Source of the DNA: Candidatus Latescibacterota bacterium
GTDB taxonomy: Bacteria; Latescibacterota; UBA2968; GCA-2709665
Reading direction: 5' to 3'
DNA length: 64,000 bases
Assembly (NCBI GenBank): GCA_965226795.1
Contig: CBDDDZ010000005.1
Coordinates: 2,048,001 to 2,112,000 of the forward strand
Of this stretch, positions 1-8,655 are shown piece after piece (the first letter of the stretch is position 1; each line of letters opens with the position of its first letter). Below the pieces are notes generated by a model. That model saw only the letters and a program-made list of their open reading frames with translations. It did not search any database and was not told the origin of the DNA. The translations under genes were made by a program, and so were the position numbers.

Positions 1-1075
1 GGGTGGGGCTTACCTCCAGCAAATGTTGAACGTCGTGAATTGCATTTTTCTTCGAACCACCAAGGCTCCTAGTGTCGATTTCATAAGTAGATCGAAGATA
101 GCTGGAGTCAGCCTTCTCGTCGATGTCATGCAGATCGATCCATTGTAGTGGGAGGTATGAGTACTGCCCGTATGGAACTGTTGTGGTGTTATCACCGTAC
201 GGAGGAGATGTTACAAGTAGGTCGTGTCCACCAAGCGGAGGAGGTACCAACTTGGTGGAGTCACCGAGCCGAATGTCAACATCACCACTATAACACCCAT
301 CGGCGGAAAGGTGTCCGCCGTCCTGAAGCACCGCGGCCTCGTCGTGAAGACGCCTAGTAATGTCAGAGACGATAATGTTAAAGGTTTCCAATGCATTTAC
401 GCTTCGAGACCGGAGATCATCAGCACTGCGCACGTGTAACTTGAACGTGGAGGTGCGAGAGTTGCACGTCAGCCTTACTGTCTCTGCGAGGGCGGTCCAA
501 AGAATGCGGCGGTACCAGGTGTCATCAACCCGCCGGATTGCCCGACGGATACGTGAGATTTCGGTGACTACTTCGGGTTCGAACCATTTCTCCAACCCAG
601 GGAAGTCAGCTTCGGCGTTGCTTCCGCTGTCCGCACCCGCTAGTGCGACGACGCTCTTGACGGTGCTTGTGAGTCCATCGGTGCGGAAAGGACCGGCCTT
701 AGTCCGGCAGAACAGCACAGCCAGCGGATTGATGTCTTGTCCGGAATAGTCTAGCCCTAGACGCATGCACTCAACCATTGTCGTTCCTGAACCAACAAAT
801 GGATCGAGCACTCGGTCTACACTCCCAACAATATCTGCCACGGCGCTAACGAGTACCGCCTGCATCGATGGAACCATCATAGCCGGGTATTGAGTTAGTC
901 CTTGGGCCTGACACCGCGAGGCACTTCGGCGAAACGCCCAGTAGTCATCGTCCGCCTCCGACAAGCTGCGGAGTCGTCGGACGATTTCGTCGTCTGTTGA
1001 ATTACTAGAAGCAATAACAGTCTTTCCTACTTCACCACCCGTGGGTCGTGTTTTAGGGTCGTCTAATCCTCGCAA
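1..1075 (-). CDS. Site-specific DNA methyltransferase, probably N4-cytosine (SPPY type); 3' end runs off the window
   Basis: Translated by hand; absent from the ORF track because there is no stop in the window. TTG at 1075 follows GGAGG. Contains QYPAMM, motif I VLDPFVGSGTT, DINPLA and catalytic LVTSPPYGD (220-191). Confidence 0.85.
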   Translation of the reverse strand, partial: MRGLDDPKTRPTGGEVGKTVIASSNSTDDEIVRRLRSLSEADDDYWAFRRSASRCQAQGLTQYPAMMVPSMQAVLVSAVADIVGSVDRVLDPFVGSGTTMVECMRLGLDYSGQDINPLAVLFCRTKAGPFRTDGLTSTVKSVVALAGADSGSNAEADFPGLEKWFEPEVVTEISRIRRAIRRVDDTWYRRILWTALAETVRLTCNSRTSTFKLHVRSADDLRSRSVNALETFNIIVSDITRRLHDEAAVLQDGGHLSADGCYSGDVDIRLGDSTKLVPPPLGGHDLLVTSPPYGDNTTTVPYGQYSYLPLQWIDLHDIDEKADSSYLRSTYEIDTRSLGGSKKNAIHDVQHLLEVSPT

Positions 1076-1254
1076 TCTCGCCTCCGTAAGGTCCAGTAAT
1101 CCAGCAAGTACTGTGTATTGGCATAAGTGTTTGCATTTCGGAATTTGAGATATTGTCAAACGTTGTGGATGGCGGCGAGCGCAGATTGTCAGGTTGGCAG
1201 GCGCATCCTTCTTGTGCGACTTATCCCGTCTGCGGGAACCCACTCTCTTGGATG

Positions 1255-4200
1255 TCACCCGGAAGCTCGCGTCTCGCCTGCCGGCTCGTAGGCGAGATCG
1301 AAAACGGTATCGGCCATCCAGCGCTTGAAGCCCGGGTTGTCCATGTACAGTTTGAACAGTTCGGTGTCGTCACGCATCACTCCAGTCATCACCCGAACCA
1401 GCGCCTTGTCGTGCTCGATCCGGGCATTCTGGCGGTCGGAGTTCTCCCGTGCGTTTCGGAACGCTGTGTCGGCGGCGACGCGGGCCGGTATGGTCTCTAA
1501 GATGAGTTGCTGCACGCGGTCCTCATCTTCCCATTGAATGTCACCATAATGCTCGTTGAAGACCCGAAGTATGCTGGAGAGTCGATCCAATTCCGGCTCC
1601 GGGTGATGCCCTCCGCCGGCTGCCGGTACCGGATCGATCTCGGCATTCTCGTCCGGCAACAGGAACCGTTGCATTGCCTGCTTCTCAACCCGATAGCTGT
1701 CGAGATCGATCGCATCAAGGACACCTTTGGAGAGATCCTCTTCCTCGGGAGCCGGCAACTTAGGGACCAGGAAGTTGAGGAAAATTGAACGCTTTTCCCA
1801 TGCGGGGTCGTTGTATGGAAGGATGGATGAAAGAAAGGCGTAGGTTCGCACGAAGGCTTTGGCCTTACCTTTGAACGCGACCTGGCCGTCTTCGTCCAGC
1901 TCCCGCCGATAGACCGCTACGCAAGCGTCCAGGATTGGATCGAGAAGGTCGCGTTCCTCTCCGGCCAGGTAGCGCCGGACAAACTCGTCGATCTGCACCT
2001 CGGAATAGACCTGCGCGCCGTCCAGGTCCGCCTGCAGGTCGTGCAGCTTGTTGGGGTCGGTCTCGTCGGCCAGGATCGTCGCCCGGTAAAAGTCCGCGAA
2101 CGCTTCGCGGATGGTGTCGGTGTCGTTGAAAAAGTCGAGCACGAACACATCGTGTTTCCTGGGATGCGCCCGGTTGAGGCGAGACAGGGTCTGCACGGCC
2201 CTTATTCCTGACAGCGTCTTGTCCACGTACATCGTGTGCAGCAGGGGTTCATCGTAGCCGGTCTGAAACTTGTCCGCGCACACCAGGAACCGGTAAGGAT
2301 CCTCCTGGAATCGCTTGGCGATCCGGGTGGAAGGCAGGCCGTTCAGCGACGCCTCGCTTACCCTGGCGCCGCCGTAGTCGTGCTCGCCGGAGAAGGCGAC
2401 CAGAGCCTCGTAAGAGCTCTTGCGCTCCCTGAGATAGTCGCGGATGGCATGGAAGTACTGGATCGCGCGCTCGATGCCATTTGTGACAACCATCGCCCGC
2501 GCCGCGCCGCCGATCTTTCCCTGCTTCAGCACCTGGTCATGAAAATGGTCGACCATGATCTCGGCCTTGAGGCGAATCGCGTGGTCGCTGCCCTCCACGA
2601 AACGGCGCAGCTTCTTTTGTGCTCTGCTAGCGTCGAACTCCGGGTCGTCTTCAACGGTCTTGGCAAGCTTGTAATAGCTGGCCACCGGCGTGTAGCGGGC
2701 GAGAACGTCGAGGATGAATCCTTCCTGGATCGCCTGCTTCATCGTGTAGCTATGGAAGGCGCGATGCCTCACCGTACCGTCGGGCTGCGGGTCCGCGGCG
2801 CCAAAGATCTCGAGCGTCTTGTTTTTGGGCGTGGCGGTAAACGCGAAGTAGCTGGCGTTGGGAAGGAGCTTTCGCGATTCCATCAAACGGTTAATCCTGT
2901 CTTCAAAGGTATCCTGATCGTCTTCTTCGCCCGCTTCCGACAGCGCCTGCGCCATGGCTGCGCTGGTGCGGCCCCCCTGGCTCGAGTGGGCTTCATCGAT
3001 GATGATGGCGAAGCGCCTCCCACGCTGCTCGTTGCCGATCTCGTCCAGGATGAAAGGGAACTTCTGGACCGTGGAAATGATAATCTTCTTGCCGCTTTCG
3101 ATGAACCGGCGCAGATCGCCCGAGCCGTCGGCATGCCCTACCGTCGCCGACACCTGGGCGTATTGTTTGATCGTGTCGCGGATCTGACGGTCCAGGATGA
3201 GCCTGTCCGTTACGATGATGATCGAGTCGAAAACGGGAGCATCGTCCTTCTCCAGCCGGATCAGTTGGTGGGCGAGCCAGGCGATGGAGTTGCTCTTGCC
3301 GCTACCGGCGGAATGATGGATCAGATAGCGCTGACCCGCACCGCGGGCGCCCGCGTCGGCCAGCAGGCGGCGCACCACGTCGAGCTGATGGAAGCGCGGC
3401 CAGATTTGGGTACTCCGCTTCCTGCCGCTCTTTTCGTCCTTCGACGCCACCACCTGGGCGTAATTCTCCAGGATGTTGGTGAGACTCTCCCGCGTGAGTA
3501 CTTCACGCCAGAGATAGGAGACCGCAAGACCGTGCGGGTTGGGCGGGTTGCCCGCGCCGTCGTTCCAGCCGCGGTTAAAGGGAAGAAACCAGGACGCCTT
3601 ACCCTTTAGGTGTGTACAAAAACGCGCCTCACGCTCATCCAATGCGAAGTGCACGATGCACCGCCCGAATTCAAACAACTTTTCGCGAGGGTTCCGGTCC
3701 TTTCGGTACTGCCAGACCGCATCGTCCACCGTCTGTTTGGTGAGGCTGTTTTTCAGCTCAAACGTGAACACCGGCAGCCCGTTAATGAACAGCCCTATGT
3801 CTAGCGCCCGCTGCGCCTCGTCCCGGCTGTAGCGAAGCTGCCGCGTGACGGTAAAGCGGTTCTGCTCGAACAGCTCCTGTGCCTGCGGGTTGCCGGCCGA
3901 CGGGGTGCCGTAGAACAGATCCAGGTGGAACGATTGGTGCTTGATCCCGTTGCGAAGCGCGTCGATGGTGCCGCGCTTGCTGATTTCGCCCTGAAGCCGG
4001 GTCAGGAACGCGCGCCGCACCGGACCGTCTTCGGAAAGCGCCAGCGCCTCGGCGGCCTCCGGCTGGGTGTCGCGCAAAAATGCCGACAGTTGCACCAGAT
4101 CGACGCAGTACTCACGGTCGTAGTCGTGGGGATTGCCGCAACTCCACCCGACACCGCCATAACCGGCAGCGGGTTCTGCCACTGTGCCCGTAGAGGGGGG

Positions 4201-4272
4201 ATCGCACGTATGGCCGGCCAGCGCCGTGCAGATGAGGCGTTCGAGGCCGCGTTCGGAGGTATCGGTGGGCAT
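1255..4272 (-). CDS. hsdR: Type I restriction endonuclease subunit R
   Basis: Nuclease motif D..FELKN, Walker A HSAGSGKS, DEAH box, FTATP, QTLSRLNR. Start moved to MPTDTSE (4272) because the longer ORF overlaps the upstream PIN gene. Confidence 0.95.
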   Translation of the reverse strand: MPTDTSERGLERLICTALAGHTCDPPSTGTVAEPAAGYGGVGWSCGNPHDYDREYCVDLVQLSAFLRDTQPEAAEALALSEDGPVRRAFLTRLQGEISKRGTIDALRNGIKHQSFHLDLFYGTPSAGNPQAQELFEQNRFTVTRQLRYSRDEAQRALDIGLFINGLPVFTFELKNSLTKQTVDDAVWQYRKDRNPREKLFEFGRCIVHFALDEREARFCTHLKGKASWFLPFNRGWNDGAGNPPNPHGLAVSYLWREVLTRESLTNILENYAQVVASKDEKSGRKRSTQIWPRFHQLDVVRRLLADAGARGAGQRYLIHHSAGSGKSNSIAWLAHQLIRLEKDDAPVFDSIIIVTDRLILDRQIRDTIKQYAQVSATVGHADGSGDLRRFIESGKKIIISTVQKFPFILDEIGNEQRGRRFAIIIDEAHSSQGGRTSAAMAQALSEAGEEDDQDTFEDRINRLMESRKLLPNASYFAFTATPKNKTLEIFGAADPQPDGTVRHRAFHSYTMKQAIQEGFILDVLARYTPVASYYKLAKTVEDDPEFDASRAQKKLRRFVEGSDHAIRLKAEIMVDHFHDQVLKQGKIGGAARAMVVTNGIERAIQYFHAIRDYLRERKSSYEALVAFSGEHDYGGARVSEASLNGLPSTRIAKRFQEDPYRFLVCADKFQTGYDEPLLHTMYVDKTLSGIRAVQTLSRLNRAHPRKHDVFVLDFFNDTDTIREAFADFYRATILADETDPNKLHDLQADLDGAQVYSEVQIDEFVRRYLAGEERDLLDPILDACVAVYRRELDEDGQVAFKGKAKAFVRTYAFLSSILPYNDPAWEKRSIFLNFLVPKLPAPEEEDLSKGVLDAIDLDSYRVEKQAMQRFLLPDENAEIDPVPAAGGGHHPEPELDRLSSILRVFNEHYGDIQWEDEDRVQQLILETIPARVAADTAFRNARENSDRQNARIEHDKALVRVMTGVMRDDTELFKLYMDNPGFKRWMADTVFDLAYEPAGETRASG

Positions 4273-4280
4273 TGTGAACC

Positions 4281-4694
4281 CTACTGGTCCGTAAACGGGT
4301 TTATGACCCGGAGGCCATCGTAGTCCTGTTCTGTACTCATATCCTCGGTGTACACGGCATCGCAACCCAGGGCGCGGGCTGCGGCGAGAATTGCGCCGTC
4401 CCAGTAGGACAGCCGGAAACGTTGGCTGATGGCGATGGCCTCGAGAAAAACGTCCATCGTCATGGTCTGAATCCGGAACAGCAGAATCGGCTCCAGGAAT
4501 TGCAAAGCTCTATTGCCAGAAAGACTGCGGATCCGTGTCGGCCGGGTGGCTTGGTGATAGAACTCCTGCAGCACCTGAACGGACGCGGCGAGGTCGGGTT
4601 CTGTCAGGACTTCCAGCGCCCGCGCCCGCTTGTCGGCCTCCTCCGGGACCTCGCTGACAGCGTACAGCAGGACATTGGTATCTACGAATCGCAT
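4281..4694 (-). CDS. PIN-domain (VapC-like) toxin
   Basis: FVDTNVLLYA, VLQEF, SYWDGAI and YTEDM acidic motifs; 137 aa; overlaps the upstream antitoxin-like gene. Confidence 0.9.
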   Translation of the reverse strand: MRFVDTNVLLYAVSEVPEEADKRARALEVLTEPDLAASVQVLQEFYHQATRPTRIRSLSGNRALQFLEPILLFRIQTMTMDVFLEAIAISQRFRLSYWDGAILAAARALGCDAVYTEDMSTEQDYDGLRVINPFTDQ

Positions 4695-5044
4695 GGCGAG
4701 ACTCTGAGTGCTTCAGAGATGCTGCGCTGCCGCTCGCGCTCGGCGACAGCCTCGGCCCTTGCCGCGACGCGGTCGTACAACGCTTCTCTGGGCAGGTTGT
4801 CGGACATCCGCAACCCAATACCCTGTCTATCGAAGTCCGCGAGCACTTCCCGCAGCAGCCTGCACCGACGCTGATAGATGGTTTCAATAGACTCTGCACT
4901 GGCTTCGCCCCCCGCATCCGGCTCCGCTGCCAGGTGTCTCAAGTAGTCTCGCACGAGGGCCGAAACCGATGTGTCCATCTCTGCCGCACGGATACGTGCG
5001 AGCCGGTGTGTCTGCTCGTCGACGGATACGGTGATGTTCCTCAT
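4682..5044 (-). CDS. Ribbon-helix-helix antitoxin (DUF6364-like), copy 1
   Basis: MRNITVSVDEQTHRLARIRAAEMDTSVSALVRDYL N-terminus and LPREALYDR C-terminal motif; directly upstream of the PIN gene. Confidence 0.8.
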   Translation of the reverse strand: MRNITVSVDEQTHRLARIRAAEMDTSVSALVRDYLRHLAAEPDAGGEASAESIETIYQRRCRLLREVLADFDRQGIGLRMSDNLPREALYDRVAARAEAVAERERQRSISEALRVSPCDS

Positions 5045-5159
5045 AATCACAGCCTCACAGTTTCTGTCTTGCGCACTATAGGCATCTATTGCCAGATGGG
5101 CAACACCTGCGGCGGCGAGGGAGCTTTGTGGTGAAAGGTTGAAGTTGCGTATGGCGGAC

Positions 5160-5249
5160 CCGCAGGTTGACCCGGCAAGCGGCGGCTCCTGTTGGACGGG
5201 TTTCGCACTGCTTAGGTTCAAGGTCGTATTCGGAGCTGTCGCTGTTCAT
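5160..5249 (-). pseudogene. Degenerate relic of an hsdR 5' end
   Basis: Reads MNSDSSEYDLE then, after a frameshift, LAGSTCGS; HsdR reads MPTDTSERGLE...LAGHTCDP. Confidence 0.5.
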
Positions 5250-5253
5250 GCTG

Positions 5254-5586
5254 TCACTCGCCTCTCATAGGGATGGGGACTTCCCGGACTTCTCCGGGCT
5301 GAATCCCGTCAAGGACGGCGCGAATATCCTCAATCCTTGGCTCGATGAGCGGCCACCGGTTCGCCCCAAGAACGATCAGTGCGAAGCTACGGCTTCCGAT
5401 GTTCTGTTGGTATGGCATGTTCCTGTCCGCAGTAATCACAACGCCATACCCTGCTTCTTCCGCCCGGTCCAGCAATTCGCCATTGACAAGCGTTGCCCAC
5501 CCGTGCTCTTCAGCCACGTCAACATCGTGGCCGACGAGGTGACGGCGAAGCTGCCGTGGCGCATTGTGGTCAAACAGTATTCGCAT
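5254..5586 (-). CDS. DUF5615/VapC45-like PIN-like toxin
   Basis: MRILFDHNAP, NGELLDRAE and ITADRNMPYQQN motifs; paired with the DUF433 gene. Confidence 0.85.
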   Translation of the reverse strand: MRILFDHNAPRQLRRHLVGHDVDVAEEHGWATLVNGELLDRAEEAGYGVVITADRNMPYQQNIGSRSFALIVLGANRWPLIEPRIEDIRAVLDGIQPGEVREVPIPMRGE

Positions 5587-5818
5587 GCGAGACCCTGGCG
5601 ACCTTGGCATCAAGGTCTTGCACTACGAATTCCAGAACCGCCCGCACCTTTGCTTCGTCTACCCCGCCGAACCATTCGATAAAGTCGTGGACCGTTGCGC
5701 CCTCCGCAAGGTTGCCGAAAAGGGCCGACACAGGCAGCCGGGTCCCGGTGAACACCCAGGCCCCGCTCACCCTGCCAGGCACGCTCTCCACCGCCGGGCA
5801 CTTGCTCCAGTCCGTCAT
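5570..5818 (-). CDS. DUF433-domain antitoxin-like protein
   Basis: PGRVSGAWVFTGTRLPVSALFGNLAEGAT signature; AAGGAGGT ribosome-binding site. Confidence 0.9.
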   Translation of the reverse strand: MTDWSKCPAVESVPGRVSGAWVFTGTRLPVSALFGNLAEGATVHDFIEWFGGVDEAKVRAVLEFVVQDLDAKVARVSHANTV

Positions 5819-6138
5819 ACGGTCACCTCCTTGCTCTTCTGCCGATTCTGCGGCGTCCGCCTGGCGTCTGTGGTCAAACCGTAACCATGTAGTGGTTCAC
5901 CGCAACCGAATCCGCCGCCGTTGGCCGTAATCTTCTCAATGACCTCGTGCAATGTCCTGCGACGGCGTTCGATCTCCTCCTCTACGCTTAGCCCGCTGTT
6001 CACTGTGCTGGCGCGGTCCGCAACCAGACTCTTCAGGTAGTCCCGCACCAGAGCCGATACCGACGTGTCCAACTCCGCAGCACGGATACGTGCGAGCCGG
6101 TGTGTCTGCTCGTCGACGGATACGGTAATATTTCTCAT
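5815..6138 (-). CDS. Ribbon-helix-helix antitoxin copy 2, orphan, with chimeric C-terminus
   Basis: First ~35 aa almost identical to copy 1. The 3' part contains 32 bp identical to the hicB 3' end and 15 bp identical to the hsdS 3' end. Confidence 0.65.
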   Translation of the reverse strand: MRNITVSVDEQTHRLARIRAAELDTSVSALVRDYLKSLVADRASTVNSGLSVEEEIERRRRTLHEVIEKITANGGGFGCGEPLHGYGLTTDARRTPQNRQKSKEVTV

Positions 6139-6223
6139 GGTCACAGCCTCACAGTTTCTGTGTGACACAATATACGCATTAATCGGTCGATGTGCAACAC
6201 CTGCGGCGGCGTGGGAGGTCCGT

Positions 6224-6250
6224 TAGGGGCGACCGGCCGGTCGCCCCTAC
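6224..6250. repeat. REP-like palindrome 1 (GTAG foot on the minus strand), overlapping the hsdS stop
   Basis: Perfect 26-bp palindrome TAGGGGCGACCGGCCGGTCGCCCCTA at 6224-6249. Confidence 0.9.
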
Positions 6251-7656
6251 ATCGGTGGATGCTCGCTTGTGTACTCTTCTGCCGATTCCTCGTCGTCGCC
6301 CGAGACGTCTTCCTCAGGCAGTTCAGCCGCCGCCTTGCGCACATCGAGCTTGCCCGTGACGACATCGGCGATCAGGCGGGTGCGGTATTCTTGGAGGAGG
6401 GCGATCTCCCGGTGGGCACTCGCGATCGCTCCAGCCAAAGTTACGGTGGCTTTCTTGAATGCACTAACGATAGCCTCCTGTTCAGCTACCGGGGGAAGTA
6501 CAATGACCATCATATTCAGATGTTTGGGCCCAAAGTGCTCAATTCCCACTCCGGACTTTGCTAAATCAATCTGAACCTGAAACAACCGTGAATTCATGAA
6601 TAGTCGAACATATTCCATCACAGTTTGCTGTGATCGTGCCCAAAGTCGGATGATCCCAGTATAAGGAATGGCACCAGCTACCTCCGGACTCGCCAGTGCG
6701 ACCGCACCAGTACTCGCGCTCGCACTGAGCAAATAGTCGCTTTCCTTGACCGCAAAATGACTCCATCGCTTACCGACCATATCTGGATCCAGATAATTGC
6801 AACCATTCAACGTCGCCACCTCTTTGCGAAAACACGAGATTCGAAGCAGCGGCACTCCGGACTCGCGAAAATCCGCTGCCATGATACCGGGGCCTTCCTG
6901 AAAGCCGACGCGCTGCTTGAACGGAATAACTTCCCAATGCTTTGGCACTTCTCCTAGCCACTCCACCCTGGAGCGTTTATGGGCCGGGTAGGGCTGGCCG
7001 GTTCGGACGTCGATCTGGCCCGTGACGGCCTGGTGGATAATGGCCTGCTTCTGCTCCTCCAGCAGCGCAATCAGCTTCTGCCTGGTGCGGATGTAGCGCC
7101 GGATGCGCCGGTCGGCGTGGTCGAGGAAGCGGACGATGGCGGCTTGTTCGGGGAGGGGCGGGAGGGGAATCTTCTGTGACCCAAAGCTTTCGAAACGAAA
7201 GTCAGTTGACCGCTCGCGAATTCCCTTCGTGAGTGCCTGGATCCACTGGCTCCTTGCCATCTCGCGCAGGGCGTGGGCAAAGTACTCAGCTCTCGCTGTT
7301 GGTCCAGGTTCGCAAACAGAGTAGACCGGCGTCCCCTTGCCATTGGAGTCCGCCACACCGATCGCGCCCGCGAAGGCGTCCATCCCGTGGATCACAAGGT
7401 CACCACACCGAATGCCCTGGTAACCGATCTCCTTCAAGGACTCTGTAAAGCCACGCACACGACGATTCTTGCGAAGGGTAACCGCGCCGTCACGAAAGCA
7501 GGTTACAACTTCGTCAGCTTCCCTGACAGGCCGGTCCATCTTGCGAAACAACCACTTTCCCCGCTCGACTTCCCAATGCACCGGCACCCGCCCCAACCAC
7601 TCAATACTGGAGTCCTTGTAGGCAGGATAGCGTTTGAGATCTAAGGTCATCATCAC
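6247..7656 (-). CDS. hsdS: Type I RM specificity subunit S
   Basis: YPAYKDSSIEWLGRVPVHW, PLPPLPEQAAIVRFLD, a second EWLGEVPKHW and EYRTRLIADVVTGKLDVR; two-TRD layout. Confidence 0.95.
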   Translation of the reverse strand: MMMTLDLKRYPAYKDSSIEWLGRVPVHWEVERGKWLFRKMDRPVREADEVVTCFRDGAVTLRKNRRVRGFTESLKEIGYQGIRCGDLVIHGMDAFAGAIGVADSNGKGTPVYSVCEPGPTARAEYFAHALREMARSQWIQALTKGIRERSTDFRFESFGSQKIPLPPLPEQAAIVRFLDHADRRIRRYIRTRQKLIALLEEQKQAIIHQAVTGQIDVRTGQPYPAHKRSRVEWLGEVPKHWEVIPFKQRVGFQEGPGIMAADFRESGVPLLRISCFRKEVATLNGCNYLDPDMVGKRWSHFAVKESDYLLSASASTGAVALASPEVAGAIPYTGIIRLWARSQQTVMEYVRLFMNSRLFQVQIDLAKSGVGIEHFGPKHLNMMVIVLPPVAEQEAIVSAFKKATVTLAGAIASAHREIALLQEYRTRLIADVVTGKLDVRKAAAELPEEDVSGDDEESAEEYTSEHPPM

Positions 7657-7660
7657 AATT

Positions 7661-7880
7661 CACCATTGTAGGGGCGACCGGCCGGTCGCCCGTGCGCCGT
7701 ATGGATCCTGGCCGTACATAACGGCAGGATTCTCCGGGTCTGCCGGCCATCTTCCAGGGTTCTCCGCGATGTATTGCCGAATCCGATCCAGCGCGGATTC
7801 GTTCCGGAAAACGTGTTCGTAGTAATTGCGCTGTCAGACCGGTATATCGGGTGTGCCGCGCATGGCGTTGATGCGTTTGG
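7661..7880 (-). pseudogene. Tandem duplicate of the RAYT 3' end with a nonsense codon
   Basis: Colinear with 7910-8129 at a 249-bp offset; the TGG of VWQRNYYEH is TGA in this copy. Confidence 0.85.
7668..7691. repeat. REP-like palindrome 2 (GTAG foot on the plus strand), just upstream of hsdS
   Basis: GTAGGGGCGACCGGCCGGTCGCCC. Confidence 0.9.
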
Positions 7881-7916
7881 TACGGTCTGAGGTCAAAGTT
7901 CATCACTATCACCAAT

Positions 7917-7940
7917 GTAGGGGCGACCGGCCGGTCGCCC
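7917..7940. repeat. REP-like palindrome 3, at the RAYT 3' end
   Basis: GTAGGGGCGACCGGCCGGTCGCCC. Confidence 0.9.
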
Positions 7941-8189
7941 GTGCGTCGAGTGGATCCTGGACGTCCCTGATGGCAGGATTCTCCGGGTCTTCAGACCATC
8001 CGGCCGGGTTATCTGCGATGTATTGCCGAATCCGGTCCAGCGCGGATTCATGCCGGATGACGTGTTCGTAGTAATTGCGCTGCCAGACCGATGCACCGGG
8101 CGTGCCTCGCATGGTGTTGATGCGTTTGGTCGTGGCAGATTTGAATCCGGCCATCATCGCGCCGAGTGAACTGGGTCGCGGCCCACTGC

Positions 8190-8213
8190 GGGCGACCGGC
8201 CGGTCGCCCCTAC
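8190..8213. repeat. REP-like palindrome 4, inside the RAYT coding sequence
   Basis: GGGCGACCGGCCGGTCGCCCCTAC; read in frame as RGDRPVAR. Confidence 0.9.
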
Positions 8214-8495
8214 AGCGTTTGTTGACAATAATGACGATGCCATGAACGTGGTTCGGCATGACAATCCATGCGTCCAGTTCGATCTCGATGCGGATCCGTG
8301 CAGAATTTAGCCATTCCTCTGCGGCCATCCGGCCAAATTCGCTCAACTCCACCTCACCATCATTCACTTCGCCAAACAGTAATTCCTGGCCCTTTGTGCA
8401 GACTGTGATAAAGTATGCGCCGGCTCGTGAATAGTCGTAGTTGCGCAATCGGATCGACCGACGGTGACGTTTCTCCGGATCGCAGGAGGTGTTCA

Positions 8496-8615
8496 CTATG
8501 CCCTCAGAATTTCGTGCAACAATTGCTCAGACACTCTCTCCATTGCCGAAATGTCGGCCCGGATCTCTTCCAGCGTGAGCAGCGGCTCAGGATCAGATTT
8601 GAGATCTAAGGTCAT
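8496..8615 (-). other. 39-codon chimeric mini-ORF: HsdS start joined to an HsdM C-terminal helix
   Basis: MTLDLK (as HsdS) followed by SDPEPLLTLEEIRADISAMERVSEQLLHEILRA; HsdM has PQPMRTLEEIRADIVALEKETEGLL. Its TAG overlaps the RAYT GTG. Confidence 0.7.
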
Positions 8616-8631
8616 CGAATTATACACCAAT

Positions 8632-8655
8632 GTAGGGGCGACCGGCCGGTCGCCC
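8632..8655. repeat. REP-like palindrome 5
   Basis: GTAGGGGCGACCGGCCGGTCGCCC. Confidence 0.9.

Larger units (their letters stand above)
7909..8496 (-). mobile_element. REP-associated tyrosine transposase (RAYT; HUH/Y1, IS200-like superfamily)
   Basis: RRSIRLRNYDY, YFITVCT, HUH motif MPNHVHGI, WQRNYYEHVIR and catalytic YIADNP. Confidence 0.9.

Noticed and set aside
2236..3609. 457-aa plus-strand ORF
   Set aside because: Antisense shadow of hsdR.
6224..8655. Five near-identical 24-26 bp repeats as a CRISPR array
   Set aside because: Spacing is irregular (about 250-1450 bp), orientations are mixed, copies overlap genes and there are no cas genes; they fit REP elements.
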